64,000 bases of DNA from an uncultured Pirellulales bacterium (GTDB taxonomy: Bacteria; Planctomycetota; Phycisphaerae; Sedimentisphaerales; SM23-30). This document shows, piece after piece, positions 9,151 through 18,338 of this stretch. Numbering within the stretch: position 1 is the stretch's first letter; each line of letters begins with the position of its first letter. The stretch lies in contig CAZICK010000001.1 in assembly GCA_964537505.1 (NCBI GenBank), forward strand, positions 11,530 to 75,529, given 5' to 3'. A program made the translations under genes and the position numbers. The notes beneath the pieces are model-generated. The model was not told where the DNA came from, did not search any database, and saw nothing but the letters and a program-made list of their open reading frames with translations.

Positions 9151-12100
9151 ATGTACAGGAACAGAAAGACAAAAATGACTTGTGTTTGGGCAGTGCTGTT
9201 CTTACTTTGGATGTTTGTTTCCAGTGTCTCTGCGGAGATTATCGATCCTGCCGAACAGGAACCGATAGGACCAACGTATATGAGTAATCTAATTTCACAC
9301 TGGGCGTTTGATGAGTCGAGTGGTACGGTTGCGAGTGATCGTTGGGGTGATAACGACGGGACGCTTAGAGGTGATCCGACATGGCGGCCAGGTGATGGTA
9401 AGATTGGCGGTGCGCTGGAATTTGACGGGGTCGGTGATTATGTGGAAGTCGTAGGCTACAAAGGTGTTAGCGGGTGGACTCCTCGAACCGTAACCGCATG
9501 GGTAAGGGTCGAATCAGATGCACCGGGTCTATCGATTGTGCGTTGGGGTACGCTGGCAGTCAATGGTGGCCTATGGTCTAATGTAATCAACGCCGACGGC
9601 AAACTCCGAGTTGCCGTGTTGGGCGGCAGCGTTGTCGGTGATACGGATATAGGTGATAATACATGGCATCATGTAGCGGTTGTGTTGCCGAACAAAGAGG
9701 ATGTGAAAGTCGAAGATATACTTCTTTATGTGGATGGCGAGCAGGAAGATACCACCATCACCTATGGCGCCCAGGCAATCGACACCGGTATCGATATGAA
9801 TGTTTTGATTTCTTTAGATGGTTCCGTTGGTTTGCTGGATGATGTTCGGATTTATAACTGTGCGTTGAGCGAGGAGGAGATTGGAACGCTTGATATTCCG
9901 AGAGTCCAGTTTGTTCAGTCAACATCTTCGGTTATGGAAGGAGACAGCGTGAATATAGACGTTGTCTTGAATATGGCTCTTGGCGCTACCGCTACCGTAA
10001 ATTATACGACTACGGATAACAATGCGGATTCTTCTGACTATTCGCCTCATCTTGCTGCGGGGATTTTGACTTTCGATCCCGGCGTAACTTCTCAGCCTAT
10101 CAGTTTCACCATAACCGATGATACCTCCGCAGAACTCAAAGAGGCCTTCACTGTTACGCTGTCGAATCCTTCCGGGCCTGGACTTGTTTTAGGTGCCGCC
10201 GAACATCGATGCGTGATTCAGGCCAGTGAACAGCCCATTAAGGTTATATTTGCCGCCGGCCAGTCAAATATGGTCGGCAACGGCAGCAATAGCCAACTGC
10301 CCTACATTACAGGCAGCCTTTTGGCTGACGATGTTCAGGGCGATCTGCCTTATCCGTCTATCCTGGCAGAGACACGTCAAGATGTGATTATGGATGTGGA
10401 AGCGGACAGCAATAAAGGTATCGGATATCTGCGACCCGGTTGGGGGTATTCAGGCGGGAATTTTGGTCCGGAACTTTCATTTGGACATTTGGTTGGCCCG
10501 TGGGCCGATCAGAAAGTGCTCATTTTCAAACGTTGCCAAGGTGGATCGACTCTGAGTTGGCCAGATAACGGCAATGGCTACTGGCTTTCTCCCACGGCGT
10601 CGGCCCGTACAGGCAATCCCGTAGGAAATCATTACACCAATCTGGTTGACGATTTCAATGCCCGCATTGCAAACCTGGAAGGACTGCCCGGATATGATGG
10701 CGGCGGCTATGAGATAGCCGGGTTCCTGTGGTTCCAGGGTGAAAATGACAGCATGGATATGTTCCGAGTTGAACAATACCAAGAAAATTTGCTGGACCTG
10801 ATCTCCGACCTGAGAAACGATTTCAACGCTCCCGATATGCCATTTATGATCGCTCGCATTCATTCTGCGGCCAAGTCGCCATGGACCTATGCTTCGCTGA
10901 TTTGGGAGGCCGAATTATATGCTGATGATAATGTGGTTAATGTTGCTTCGTTTGCGACCAGTGATCTGAGCGCCGGGTATCACTATCAAGAAGATGGACC
11001 ACTCCCGCAATCGGCTGATTATGTTACGATGGGTGCCAGATTTGCCCAAATTATCACGCCATATCTGGCCAACGGAATAGTAGTTTCGATGGACATGGAG
11101 GATAATTATGGTTTCTACGGTTCGCCCGTGGGTGATCCAACATTTGTTGGCGATGCGCCACGGAGCAGTAAAGCATTGGAATTTGATGGCGATGATTCAG
11201 TTGAATTACAGGATTTCACCGGTGTTGTGGGTATGAGATCACGAACCTGCGCCATCTGGATCAAGACCTCGGCGGATGGCCAGATTATAAGCTGGGGCGG
11301 CGACGGCGCCGGCGAAAAATGGCAGATCAGTATCCAGTCGGGGCATCTGTATGTGGATGTCGGCGGTGGTCACATCGAAGGTTCTGTTAGTGTTACCGAT
11401 GGCGAATGGCATCACGTCGCGGTCGTATCCGAAGCCGTGGAAGTTGGCAGCCCCCTTGCCTGGCAGCAACTTACCGACAATATTAATCTGTATGTGGATG
11501 TCAAAGTTGATAGCGGTAGTACGTTTGTTTCACAAAGTATCGCTACGACCGATGTGGGTAACGTTATAATAGGTGATGGTTTTGTCGGCGTGTTGGATGA
11601 TGTGAAGATATTTGACATTGCCCTAAACGGCGGTGAGGTTGCCATGCTGGCCGGCGTCTTACTTAGCCCAGTGGACGGCGATTTGGATTTGAACGGTTAT
11701 GTTAACATAGCCGACTTTGCCGCCTTTGCTGCACACTGGCTACAGACTGACTGTGACTTGATCAACAGTTTTTGTGGCGGAGCCAACATCGATCTGATTA
11801 ATGACGTCGATCTGGATGATCTGCTTCTCCTGGCTAGGAATTGGCTGGAAGGAGTTCCGCGTCTGCTGGTGGCGCGATGGAGACTGGATGAATCGAGTGG
11901 TACGATTGCCAGTGATAGCGCGGGTGGTAATGACGGGACACTTAACGGGGATCCGACGTGGCGGCCGGGTGATGGGAAGATTGGCGGTGCGCTGGAATTT
12001 GACGGGGTCGGTGATTATGTGGAAGTCGAAGGTTACAAAGGCGTTAGCGGGTCGAAACCTCGAAGCGTGACCGCATGGGTAAGGGCCGAATCAAATGGAT

Positions 12101-12483
12101 CAGGTCTATCGATTGTGCGTTGGGGTACGCTGGGAATCAACGGTAGCCTATGGTCTAATGTGATCAACGCCGCCGGCAACCTCCGAGCCGCCGTGGTTGG
12201 CGGCAGCGTTGTCGGTGATACAGTTGTAAACGATGATACTTGGCATCATGTAGCGATTGTCTTGCCGGACAAAGAGGATGTGAAAGTCGAAGATATACTG
12301 CTTTATGTAGATGGCGAGCAAGAAGATACCACCATCAGCCTTGGCAGCCAGACAATCGACACCGGCGTCGATATGGATGTCTTGATTTCTTTAGATGGTT
12401 CCGTTGGTCTGCTGGATGATGTTCGGATTTATAATTATGCGCTGAGCGAGGAGGAGATTGGGTCGCTGGCTGGTGTGTTGTGA
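9151..12483 (+). CDS. Secreted multidomain protein: LamG - Calx-beta-like - SGNH/sialate-O-acetylesterase-like - LamG - dockerin-like - LamG
   Basis: ORF 9037-12483. The likely start is ATG 9151, 7 nt after GGAGG (9139-9143). Signal-like MYRNRKTKMTCVWAVLFLLWMFVSSVSA. Three LamG modules end in DDV(R/K)I(Y/F)..AL. Esterase motifs AAGQSNMVG and FLWFQGENDS. Dockerin/EF-hand-like DGDLDLNGYVNIADF. Confidence 0.85.
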   Translation: MYRNRKTKMTCVWAVLFLLWMFVSSVSAEIIDPAEQEPIGPTYMSNLISHWAFDESSGTVASDRWGDNDGTLRGDPTWRPGDGKIGGALEFDGVGDYVEVVGYKGVSGWTPRTVTAWVRVESDAPGLSIVRWGTLAVNGGLWSNVINADGKLRVAVLGGSVVGDTDIGDNTWHHVAVVLPNKEDVKVEDILLYVDGEQEDTTITYGAQAIDTGIDMNVLISLDGSVGLLDDVRIYNCALSEEEIGTLDIPRVQFVQSTSSVMEGDSVNIDVVLNMALGATATVNYTTTDNNADSSDYSPHLAAGILTFDPGVTSQPISFTITDDTSAELKEAFTVTLSNPSGPGLVLGAAEHRCVIQASEQPIKVIFAAGQSNMVGNGSNSQLPYITGSLLADDVQGDLPYPSILAETRQDVIMDVEADSNKGIGYLRPGWGYSGGNFGPELSFGHLVGPWADQKVLIFKRCQGGSTLSWPDNGNGYWLSPTASARTGNPVGNHYTNLVDDFNARIANLEGLPGYDGGGYEIAGFLWFQGENDSMDMFRVEQYQENLLDLISDLRNDFNAPDMPFMIARIHSAAKSPWTYASLIWEAELYADDNVVNVASFATSDLSAGYHYQEDGPLPQSADYVTMGARFAQIITPYLANGIVVSMDMEDNYGFYGSPVGDPTFVGDAPRSSKALEFDGDDSVELQDFTGVVGMRSRTCAIWIKTSADGQIISWGGDGAGEKWQISIQSGHLYVDVGGGHIEGSVSVTDGEWHHVAVVSEAVEVGSPLAWQQLTDNINLYVDVKVDSGSTFVSQSIATTDVGNVIIGDGFVGVLDDVKIFDIALNGGEVAMLAGVLLSPVDGDLDLNGYVNIADFAAFAAHWLQTDCDLINSFCGGANIDLINDVDLDDLLLLARNWLEGVPRLLVARWRLDESSGTIASDSAGGNDGTLNGDPTWRPGDGKIGGALEFDGVGDYVEVEGYKGVSGSKPRSVTAWVRAESNGSGLSIVRWGTLGINGSLWSNVINAAGNLRAAVVGGSVVGDTVVNDDTWHHVAIVLPDKEDVKVEDILLYVDGEQEDTTISLGSQTIDTGVDMDVLISLDGSVGLLDDVRIYNYALSEEEIGSLAGVL

Positions 12484-12588
12484 CAGTGAGTGAATGATGT
12501 AAGAAGACATTAGCGATAATGAGTTTTCATATAAATGCCTCATGGCATGACGTCGCTGTGTTATTCGTAACTCCTTATCAAAAAAAGA

Positions 12589-13580
12589 TAGGGATATATA
12601 CTTCACTCAACCACCTCCTATGGGTGGTGGGTTGATCAACGTGGTGAAAGGAGTCGGTTCTACCTGGATAGCCTGCTGAGCCAGTCGATAGAACAATTTA
12701 CCGCGGGATGCAGATTTGCGGCGATTGAATCTGAAGGTGAATTCATCGAGATAGTAATCCAGGTAGTCGTGCCCAACAGCTCCTTGATGGGTTCCCATTA
12801 ACCAGCGTTTGAGAAGCGAGACAACGCGGTGCACTCTGGGTAGCAAATGTTCACCTTCGGATTGATGGCGTTGAACTTGTCGGTCGTGCAGATAGCCATC
12901 CAGACCCAGATAGGCATTCAGCCCGTCCGTCCGAACCGTATTGCCCGGTTCCACCACTTGGGCAATGAAACCATGCAGAGTGTCTTTGGTCAAATCGGGC
13001 ACACGTCGCAGGCGGATTCTTCCAATACCATCGCCATCCGCTTCAGCCGCCACGATGATTAGTGCTTTGTCCTCTGTCAAACGACCCGCCACACCCTTTT
13101 CTTCGCCACCCCAATAGCTCTCGTCGACCTCAACCAGGCCCCGCAGACGATCTCGACCAGGCCGAACCATAGCCCGTCGCAACTTGTGCAAGAGTGCCCA
13201 TGCCGTCTTATAGCTACCTAACCCCAGCACCCGCTGAAGCCCGAGTGCACTGACGCCATTCTTCTGGGAGGTGACATACCACATTGCACGAAACCATGTG
13301 GTCAATGGCAAGTGGCTGTCTTGAAAAATCGTGCCTGCTGTTACCGAGGCCTGATACCGACATTGCTCACACAACCACAATCCTTCCTTCATTGGCCAAG
13401 CTTCTCGACCTCCGCAGTGTGAACAAACGAATCCATCCGGCCATCGAAGTGAATACAAATATTTCCGACAAGCCTCGCTGGTAGAAAATCGCTGTTCTAA
13501 CGCCTGAAGTGTCCGAGGATAATCTTCCATAGTATGAAATACCATAAGTTGGGTCAGGTTGAGTCAAGTATATATCCCTA
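12589..13580 (-). mobile_element. IS1595-family insertion sequence with about 22-bp terminal inverted repeats
   Basis: Left end TAGGGATATATACTTCACTCAA (12589-12610). The right end at 13559-13580 reverse-complements to TAGGGATATATACTTGACTCAA, with 1 mismatch. A single transposase ORF lies inside. I could not identify a target-site duplication. Confidence 0.85.
12607..13545 (-). CDS. IS1595-family (ISXO2-like) transposase
   Basis: 312 aa. N-terminal zinc ribbon CSHCGG...CEQC, followed by TIFQDSHLPLTTWFRAMWYVTSQKNGVSALGLQR and a DDE-type core (VEVDESYWGG...). Confidence 0.9.
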   Translation of the reverse strand: MVFHTMEDYPRTLQALEQRFSTSEACRKYLYSLRWPDGFVCSHCGGREAWPMKEGLWLCEQCRYQASVTAGTIFQDSHLPLTTWFRAMWYVTSQKNGVSALGLQRVLGLGSYKTAWALLHKLRRAMVRPGRDRLRGLVEVDESYWGGEEKGVAGRLTEDKALIIVAAEADGDGIGRIRLRRVPDLTKDTLHGFIAQVVEPGNTVRTDGLNAYLGLDGYLHDRQVQRHQSEGEHLLPRVHRVVSLLKRWLMGTHQGAVGHDYLDYYLDEFTFRFNRRKSASRGKLFYRLAQQAIQVEPTPFTTLINPPPIGGG

Positions 13581-13583
13581 AGT

Positions 13584-14090
13584 ATGGATGATATTACGTT
13601 ATATGGCCCTCATACCATGGAGCACAACGTAGGTATATTCTCGTTTACAGTAAAAAATCGGGATATCGCAGAAGTGGCAGACGATCTGGACAGACACAGC
13701 GGCATTATGGTGCGAGTCGGGCTTCATTGTTCACCATCTGCTCACAAATTGATCGGAACGTTTCCGCAAGGTACTATCAGGGCCAGCATCGGATACTATT
13801 CTACCGAAAAGGAGGCTAAATATCTCGTACGCTCGCTCAGAGATACATGTGCTGTTTCCGATGAACGCTGTATTGTAATATTCCCATCCACATATTTCGC
13901 ATTGCGGGCTGAACGGGCAGTCCAAGATGCCGGCATTCCCAGTCGAATGATTCCGGTGCCCCGGACGATATCTCCGGACTGTAATATGGGTATGGAGGCC
14001 TCTATCCATCAAGGTAACCATCTCAAAATGATTCTTGAAACCGAGAACATTGAGTTCAATCTCGTGATACCCAGCGGAAACCCCCGGTGA
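13584..14090 (+). pseudogene. 3' fragment of a class-V aminotransferase (cysteine desulfurase / selenocysteine lyase-like) fused to DUF3343; 5' part removed at the IS1595 boundary
   Basis: The ORF begins 4 nt after the IS right end. Residues 1-95 match only the C-terminal small domain of desulfurases (VRVGLHCSPSAHKLIGTFPQGTIRASIGYYSTEKEA). Residues about 100-165 look like DUF3343 (CIVIFPSTYFALRAERAVQDAGIPSRMIPVPRTISPDCNMGM). No PLP-lysine region is present anywhere upstream. Confidence 0.7.
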
Positions 14091-14268
14091 AAAAACAAGA
14101 ATAATTGTTGATGTTATGCCTCGTTTTCTTACAATCGAGAAAATTTAGCACAATTGACGATGGCGCCTATGGTTTCGAGTCATATAAGGGCATCTATGGC
14201 TGTGGATGTTGTGGTGTGTCTGAAATCATGGCGTATTGAGTTAGAACCTATTGTAAGCAAAGGAATTA

Positions 14269-15108
14269 ATGTTTCAAGACGAACAGAAAAACAGCGATGC
14301 CTGGGCGGCAGACTTCTCCCAGATGATAGAGGCGGTTTCTGGTAAACAGCTCTTGAACAATTTTCCCCTGCCAACGGACAAAGATCAGTTGCATCAGCTT
14401 CTGGAAGCGGGAAAATATTTGTTTGTTCCTCAAGAACTCGAGATTAACCAGCCGGTGTTGGAAGAATATTTTGAGTCATTGTTGATCACCTTGGGAAAAA
14501 TCCTTCCAGACAAAGGTGAAGACCTGGACAACCTTGACCGGGCATACCGATCGGGGCAACTGCCTGCCCAGCAAATATTACGGGCAACCATAAGTAATTC
14601 CTGGAGCGAGTTGAAGGTTTGGTCTCAAAACTTTTCGATAGATGCCAATGTGTTGCAATTTGTATCCTTGAGCCTGGCCCGTCCATTTCGCCAGCAAATC
14701 GCCAAATCGTTTCTCGCTCATATCGACTTGTGGCTTTGGCATCAGGGGTTTTGCCCAATATGTGGCCATTGGCCGGTCCTGGGCAGACTCCTCTATAATG
14801 GCAAAAAGGAACTCTGGTGCTGCTGCTGCAGTACCAGATGGAACTTCGTCCGTATCGGTTGCAATTTTTGTAATAACAAAAACCATGATGATCTGGGCTT
14901 CCTCACCGTGGACGGTTATGATAAATACCGGATTTATGTCTGCGACAAGTGTAAAAGATATCAGAAGTTTTTTGTCTGTTCTGAAGATCAAAGCGGGGAA
15001 GAATTCGATTACGATAAAGAATATCTCTTGTCGGTTGAACTTGACCAGGCTGCAATTGGTGCCGGTTTTGTTGCTGAGCCTGTGGGAATGGTTTCAACCG
15101 CCAACTGA
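14269..15108 (+). CDS. fdhE: Formate dehydrogenase accessory protein FdhE
   Basis: 279 aa. Paired CxxC rubredoxin-like motifs (CPICGHWP, CCCCSTRW, CNFCNN, CDKCKRY) in the FdhE arrangement. Located directly upstream of the FDH catalytic subunit. Confidence 0.85.
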   Translation: MFQDEQKNSDAWAADFSQMIEAVSGKQLLNNFPLPTDKDQLHQLLEAGKYLFVPQELEINQPVLEEYFESLLITLGKILPDKGEDLDNLDRAYRSGQLPAQQILRATISNSWSELKVWSQNFSIDANVLQFVSLSLARPFRQQIAKSFLAHIDLWLWHQGFCPICGHWPVLGRLLYNGKKELWCCCCSTRWNFVRIGCNFCNNKNHDDLGFLTVDGYDKYRIYVCDKCKRYQKFFVCSEDQSGEEFDYDKEYLLSVELDQAAIGAGFVAEPVGMVSTAN

Positions 15109-15201
15109 ACAACAATGAATGATGCAAAAAAATAAAAAAATGTCATTTCTCCAAAACGAAGTACGTCGTATAAATCTTTGTTCTGTTACAAGGAGAATAA
15201 G

Positions 15202-18200
15202 ATGGAGTTAACGCGTAGAGGGTTTTTAACCAGTACGGGGGTTGGATTGGGCGCGTCGTTGGGATTGCTGTTGGGGCGTCCGGAACGATTGCAGGCTGCC
15301 ACGGCAGCGGGCCAGTTCAAGACGCACCTTACCAGGGAGACGACCACGATATGCCCCTATTGCGCCGTGGGGTGCGGCATTATTGTCCACAGTCGTGATG
15401 ACAAGGTGGTAAACACCGAGGGAGATCCCGAAAATCCTATCAACGAAGGCTCGCTTTGTTCCAAGGGGTCGTCGGTGTATCAACTGGCAGACAATGAAAA
15501 GCGGCTGCAGAAGGTGCTCTATCGTGCTCCTGGCGAAGGTGAGTTCCAGGAAAAGGATTGGCACTGGGCCGCGAAAGAGATTGCCAAGCGGATCAAGAAG
15601 ACGCGGGATGAGACGTTCACCGAAAAGAACGCGAAGGGCCAGGTCGTAAACCGTACCACGGCCATCGCATCGGTGGGCAGTGCGGCTTTGGACAATGAGG
15701 AGTGCTGGCTTTACCAGGCATTCCTCAGAGCGATGGGCCTGGTGTATATCGAACACCAGGCGCGTGTATGCCACTCCGCCACCGTCGCCAGTTTGGCAGC
15801 AACGTTCGGTCGCGGTGCCATGACCAATCACTGGATTGATCTTCGCAACAGCGATTGCATTCTTGCGATGGGGGCCAATCCCGCGGAAAATCATCCGGTC
15901 TCTTTCAAATGGGTAACCGAGGCCAAAAAGAAGGGAGCCAAGCTGATCAGCGTTGATCCACGCTTTACCCGTACTTCCTCGGTAGCGGATATCTACACCC
16001 GGTTGCGTTCGGGAACGGATATCGCCTTTTTGGGCGGAATGATCAAGTACATTACAGACAATGATCTGATTCATAAGGAATACGTGGTTAACTACACCAA
16101 TGCGGCATTCCTGATTGCTGACGAGTTTAAATTTGACGAAATTGAAGGTGTATTCAGCGGCTACAATCCACAATCGCGTAAGTACGACAAGGGCACATGG
16201 GAATACCAGATCGGCCCGGACGGCGAGCCAAAGAAGGACCCAACCCTGAAAGATCCCCGCTGTGTTTATCAATTGCTTAAGAAACATTTCTCCCGTTATA
16301 CACCGGAAAAAATTATGGCTGTGACGGGAACCCCGGTTGAGAATCTTCTGGAGGTTTACAAAACCTATACCGCAACTGGTGCTCCGGAAAAAGCCGGCAC
16401 CATTATGTACGCGATGGGCTGGACCCAGCATACCGCCGGGACACAGAACATCCGGACGATGGCGATGATCCAGCTTCTGCTGGGCAATATCGGCCGTGCC
16501 GGTGGCGGGGTAAATGCCATGCGCGGCGAGTCGAATGTACAGGGATCAACCGACCAGGGCCTGCTGTTCCACACTCTGCCCGGTTACCTCAAGACCCCCA
16601 ATGCCTCACAGCCAACGCTGGATGCCTATAATACCGAGTGCACCCCCAAGCCACTGGGCAAACTGAGCGCAAACTGGTGGGGCAACTATCCTAAATACTC
16701 GACCAGCTTACTGATGTCGATGTTTGGCAAAGCAGCCACGAAGGAAAAAGACTTCGGTTATTCCTGGCTGCCCAAGCTGGATGATGGAGCGGATTACTCC
16801 TGGCTGACCATTTTCGACGAGATGTACAACGGAAATATCAAGGGCTTCTTCTCCTGGGGCCAAAACCCGGCGTGCAGTGGCACCAACGCTAACAAGGTCC
16901 GCAAAGCACTGGCCAAGCTCGATTGGCTGGTAAACATAAACATTTTCCCCAGCGAGACCGGCTGGTTCTTCCAGGATAAGAACCTGGGCATTGATGCCAA
17001 GGATATTAACACCGAGGTATTTGTTTTACCGGCGGCCGCTTCGGTCGAGAAGGAAGGTAGCATTACCAATTCCGGCCGCTGGATGCAATGGCGTTACAAG
17101 GCAGCCAATCCTCCCGGTGAAGCCTTACCCGACGCCGAGATCATAAACCTGATCTATGAGGAATTGAAGAAACTGTACGTAGAAGAAGGCGGCAAGACCC
17201 CCGATCCGATAGTTAATCTCAAATGGGATTACTTCGATAAGAGCATACATCCTGAGGGCGTCGCCCACGCCGTTGCCAAGGAAATTAACGGCTACTTCCT
17301 CCAGGACGTGGACTTCGGCGAAAAGGGAAGTTTCAAGAAAGGCCAGTTGGTACCCAGCTTTGCCTTTCTTAAGGACGACGGCTCAACCTCTTCTGGTAAC
17401 TGGCTATACTGCAATTCTTACACCGAAGAGGGCAACATGTCCGCTCGGCGGACTAGAGAGACCAGCGGTATCGGTTTGAACCCGGAATGGGCCTGGTGTT
17501 GGCCTGTCAACCGACGGATTATCTATAATCGGGCTTCCGTTGATTTGAAAGGACAGCCCTGGGATACCAAACGCCCGGTAATCGCGTGGGAAGACGGCAA
17601 ATGGGTAGGTGATGTCCCGGACGGCAGTTGGCCGCCACTACAGAATCACGATGGCACGCCGAATCCTGCCAGTAAATACGCGTTTATCCTGAAGCCCGAA
17701 GGACACGCTCAAATCTTCGCCACTAGTTTAGCCGACGGCCCCTTCCCCGAGCACTACGAACCGTTGGAAACACCGGTTACCAAGAATCTGTTTAATAACC
17801 AGATGGTCAATCCCGCCTCCAAGCTTTGGAGCGGTCCTGCCGATCCATGTTCGACTTGCGGATCGACAGAGTTCCCCTATGTTTGCTCAACTTATCGGGT
17901 AACCGAACATTGGCAAACGGGCGTAATGACCCGGCACACACCCTGGTTACTCGAAATGCAGCCGCAACTTTTCATCGAGATGAGCCGAGAACTGGCCAAG
18001 GAAAAAAACATCGAGAGCGGCGACCAGGTCCGCGTCTGCAGTATTCGTGGTGCGGTGACGGCAATCGCCTTGGTAACCGCCCGTTATAAACCTCTGGACA
18101 TTACCGTTGACGGCGTAACCAGTAAGAAAGTCCATCAAGTCGGCCTGCCCTGGCACTTTGGCTGGAAGATGCCCGAGGACGGTTCGGGCGGCGATAGCGC

Positions 18201-18315
18201 CAACCTGTTGACGCCCAACGTCGGCGATGGCAATACGATGATCCCGGAGACCAAGGCGTTCATGGTGGATATCAGTAAATTGGATTTGAAAAAGCATTCC
18301 GAAGTGGCTTTGTAG
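15202..18315 (+). CDS. fdhA: Tat-exported molybdo/tungstopterin formate dehydrogenase catalytic subunit (FdnG-like), cysteine variant
   Basis: ATG 15202 follows AGGAG (15191-15195). Twin-arginine leader MELTRRGFLTSTGVGLGASLG. N-terminal 4Fe-4S motif CPYCAVGCG...C. Active-site block HQARVCHSATVASLAATFGRGAMTNHW. The ORF is continuous with no in-frame TGA. Confidence 0.9.
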   Translation: MELTRRGFLTSTGVGLGASLGLLLGRPERLQAATAAGQFKTHLTRETTTICPYCAVGCGIIVHSRDDKVVNTEGDPENPINEGSLCSKGSSVYQLADNEKRLQKVLYRAPGEGEFQEKDWHWAAKEIAKRIKKTRDETFTEKNAKGQVVNRTTAIASVGSAALDNEECWLYQAFLRAMGLVYIEHQARVCHSATVASLAATFGRGAMTNHWIDLRNSDCILAMGANPAENHPVSFKWVTEAKKKGAKLISVDPRFTRTSSVADIYTRLRSGTDIAFLGGMIKYITDNDLIHKEYVVNYTNAAFLIADEFKFDEIEGVFSGYNPQSRKYDKGTWEYQIGPDGEPKKDPTLKDPRCVYQLLKKHFSRYTPEKIMAVTGTPVENLLEVYKTYTATGAPEKAGTIMYAMGWTQHTAGTQNIRTMAMIQLLLGNIGRAGGGVNAMRGESNVQGSTDQGLLFHTLPGYLKTPNASQPTLDAYNTECTPKPLGKLSANWWGNYPKYSTSLLMSMFGKAATKEKDFGYSWLPKLDDGADYSWLTIFDEMYNGNIKGFFSWGQNPACSGTNANKVRKALAKLDWLVNINIFPSETGWFFQDKNLGIDAKDINTEVFVLPAAASVEKEGSITNSGRWMQWRYKAANPPGEALPDAEIINLIYEELKKLYVEEGGKTPDPIVNLKWDYFDKSIHPEGVAHAVAKEINGYFLQDVDFGEKGSFKKGQLVPSFAFLKDDGSTSSGNWLYCNSYTEEGNMSARRTRETSGIGLNPEWAWCWPVNRRIIYNRASVDLKGQPWDTKRPVIAWEDGKWVGDVPDGSWPPLQNHDGTPNPASKYAFILKPEGHAQIFATSLADGPFPEHYEPLETPVTKNLFNNQMVNPASKLWSGPADPCSTCGSTEFPYVCSTYRVTEHWQTGVMTRHTPWLLEMQPQLFIEMSRELAKEKNIESGDQVRVCSIRGAVTAIALVTARYKPLDITVDGVTSKKVHQVGLPWHFGWKMPEDGSGGDSANLLTPNVGDGNTMIPETKAFMVDISKLDLKKHSEVAL

Positions 18316-18338
18316 CCTAAAGAAAAAGAATCTGCATT

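Noticed and set aside
9310-12466. Diversity-generating retroelement (TR/VR pair) explanation for the two near-identical LamG segments
   Set aside because: Differences between the copies include all substitution types rather than being confined to adenine positions of one copy. No reverse transcriptase or accessory gene is nearby.
15202-18315. Selenocysteine (in-frame TGA plus SECIS) in the formate dehydrogenase
   Set aside because: The ORF is uninterrupted and the active-site codon is TGC (Cys) at 15769-15771.
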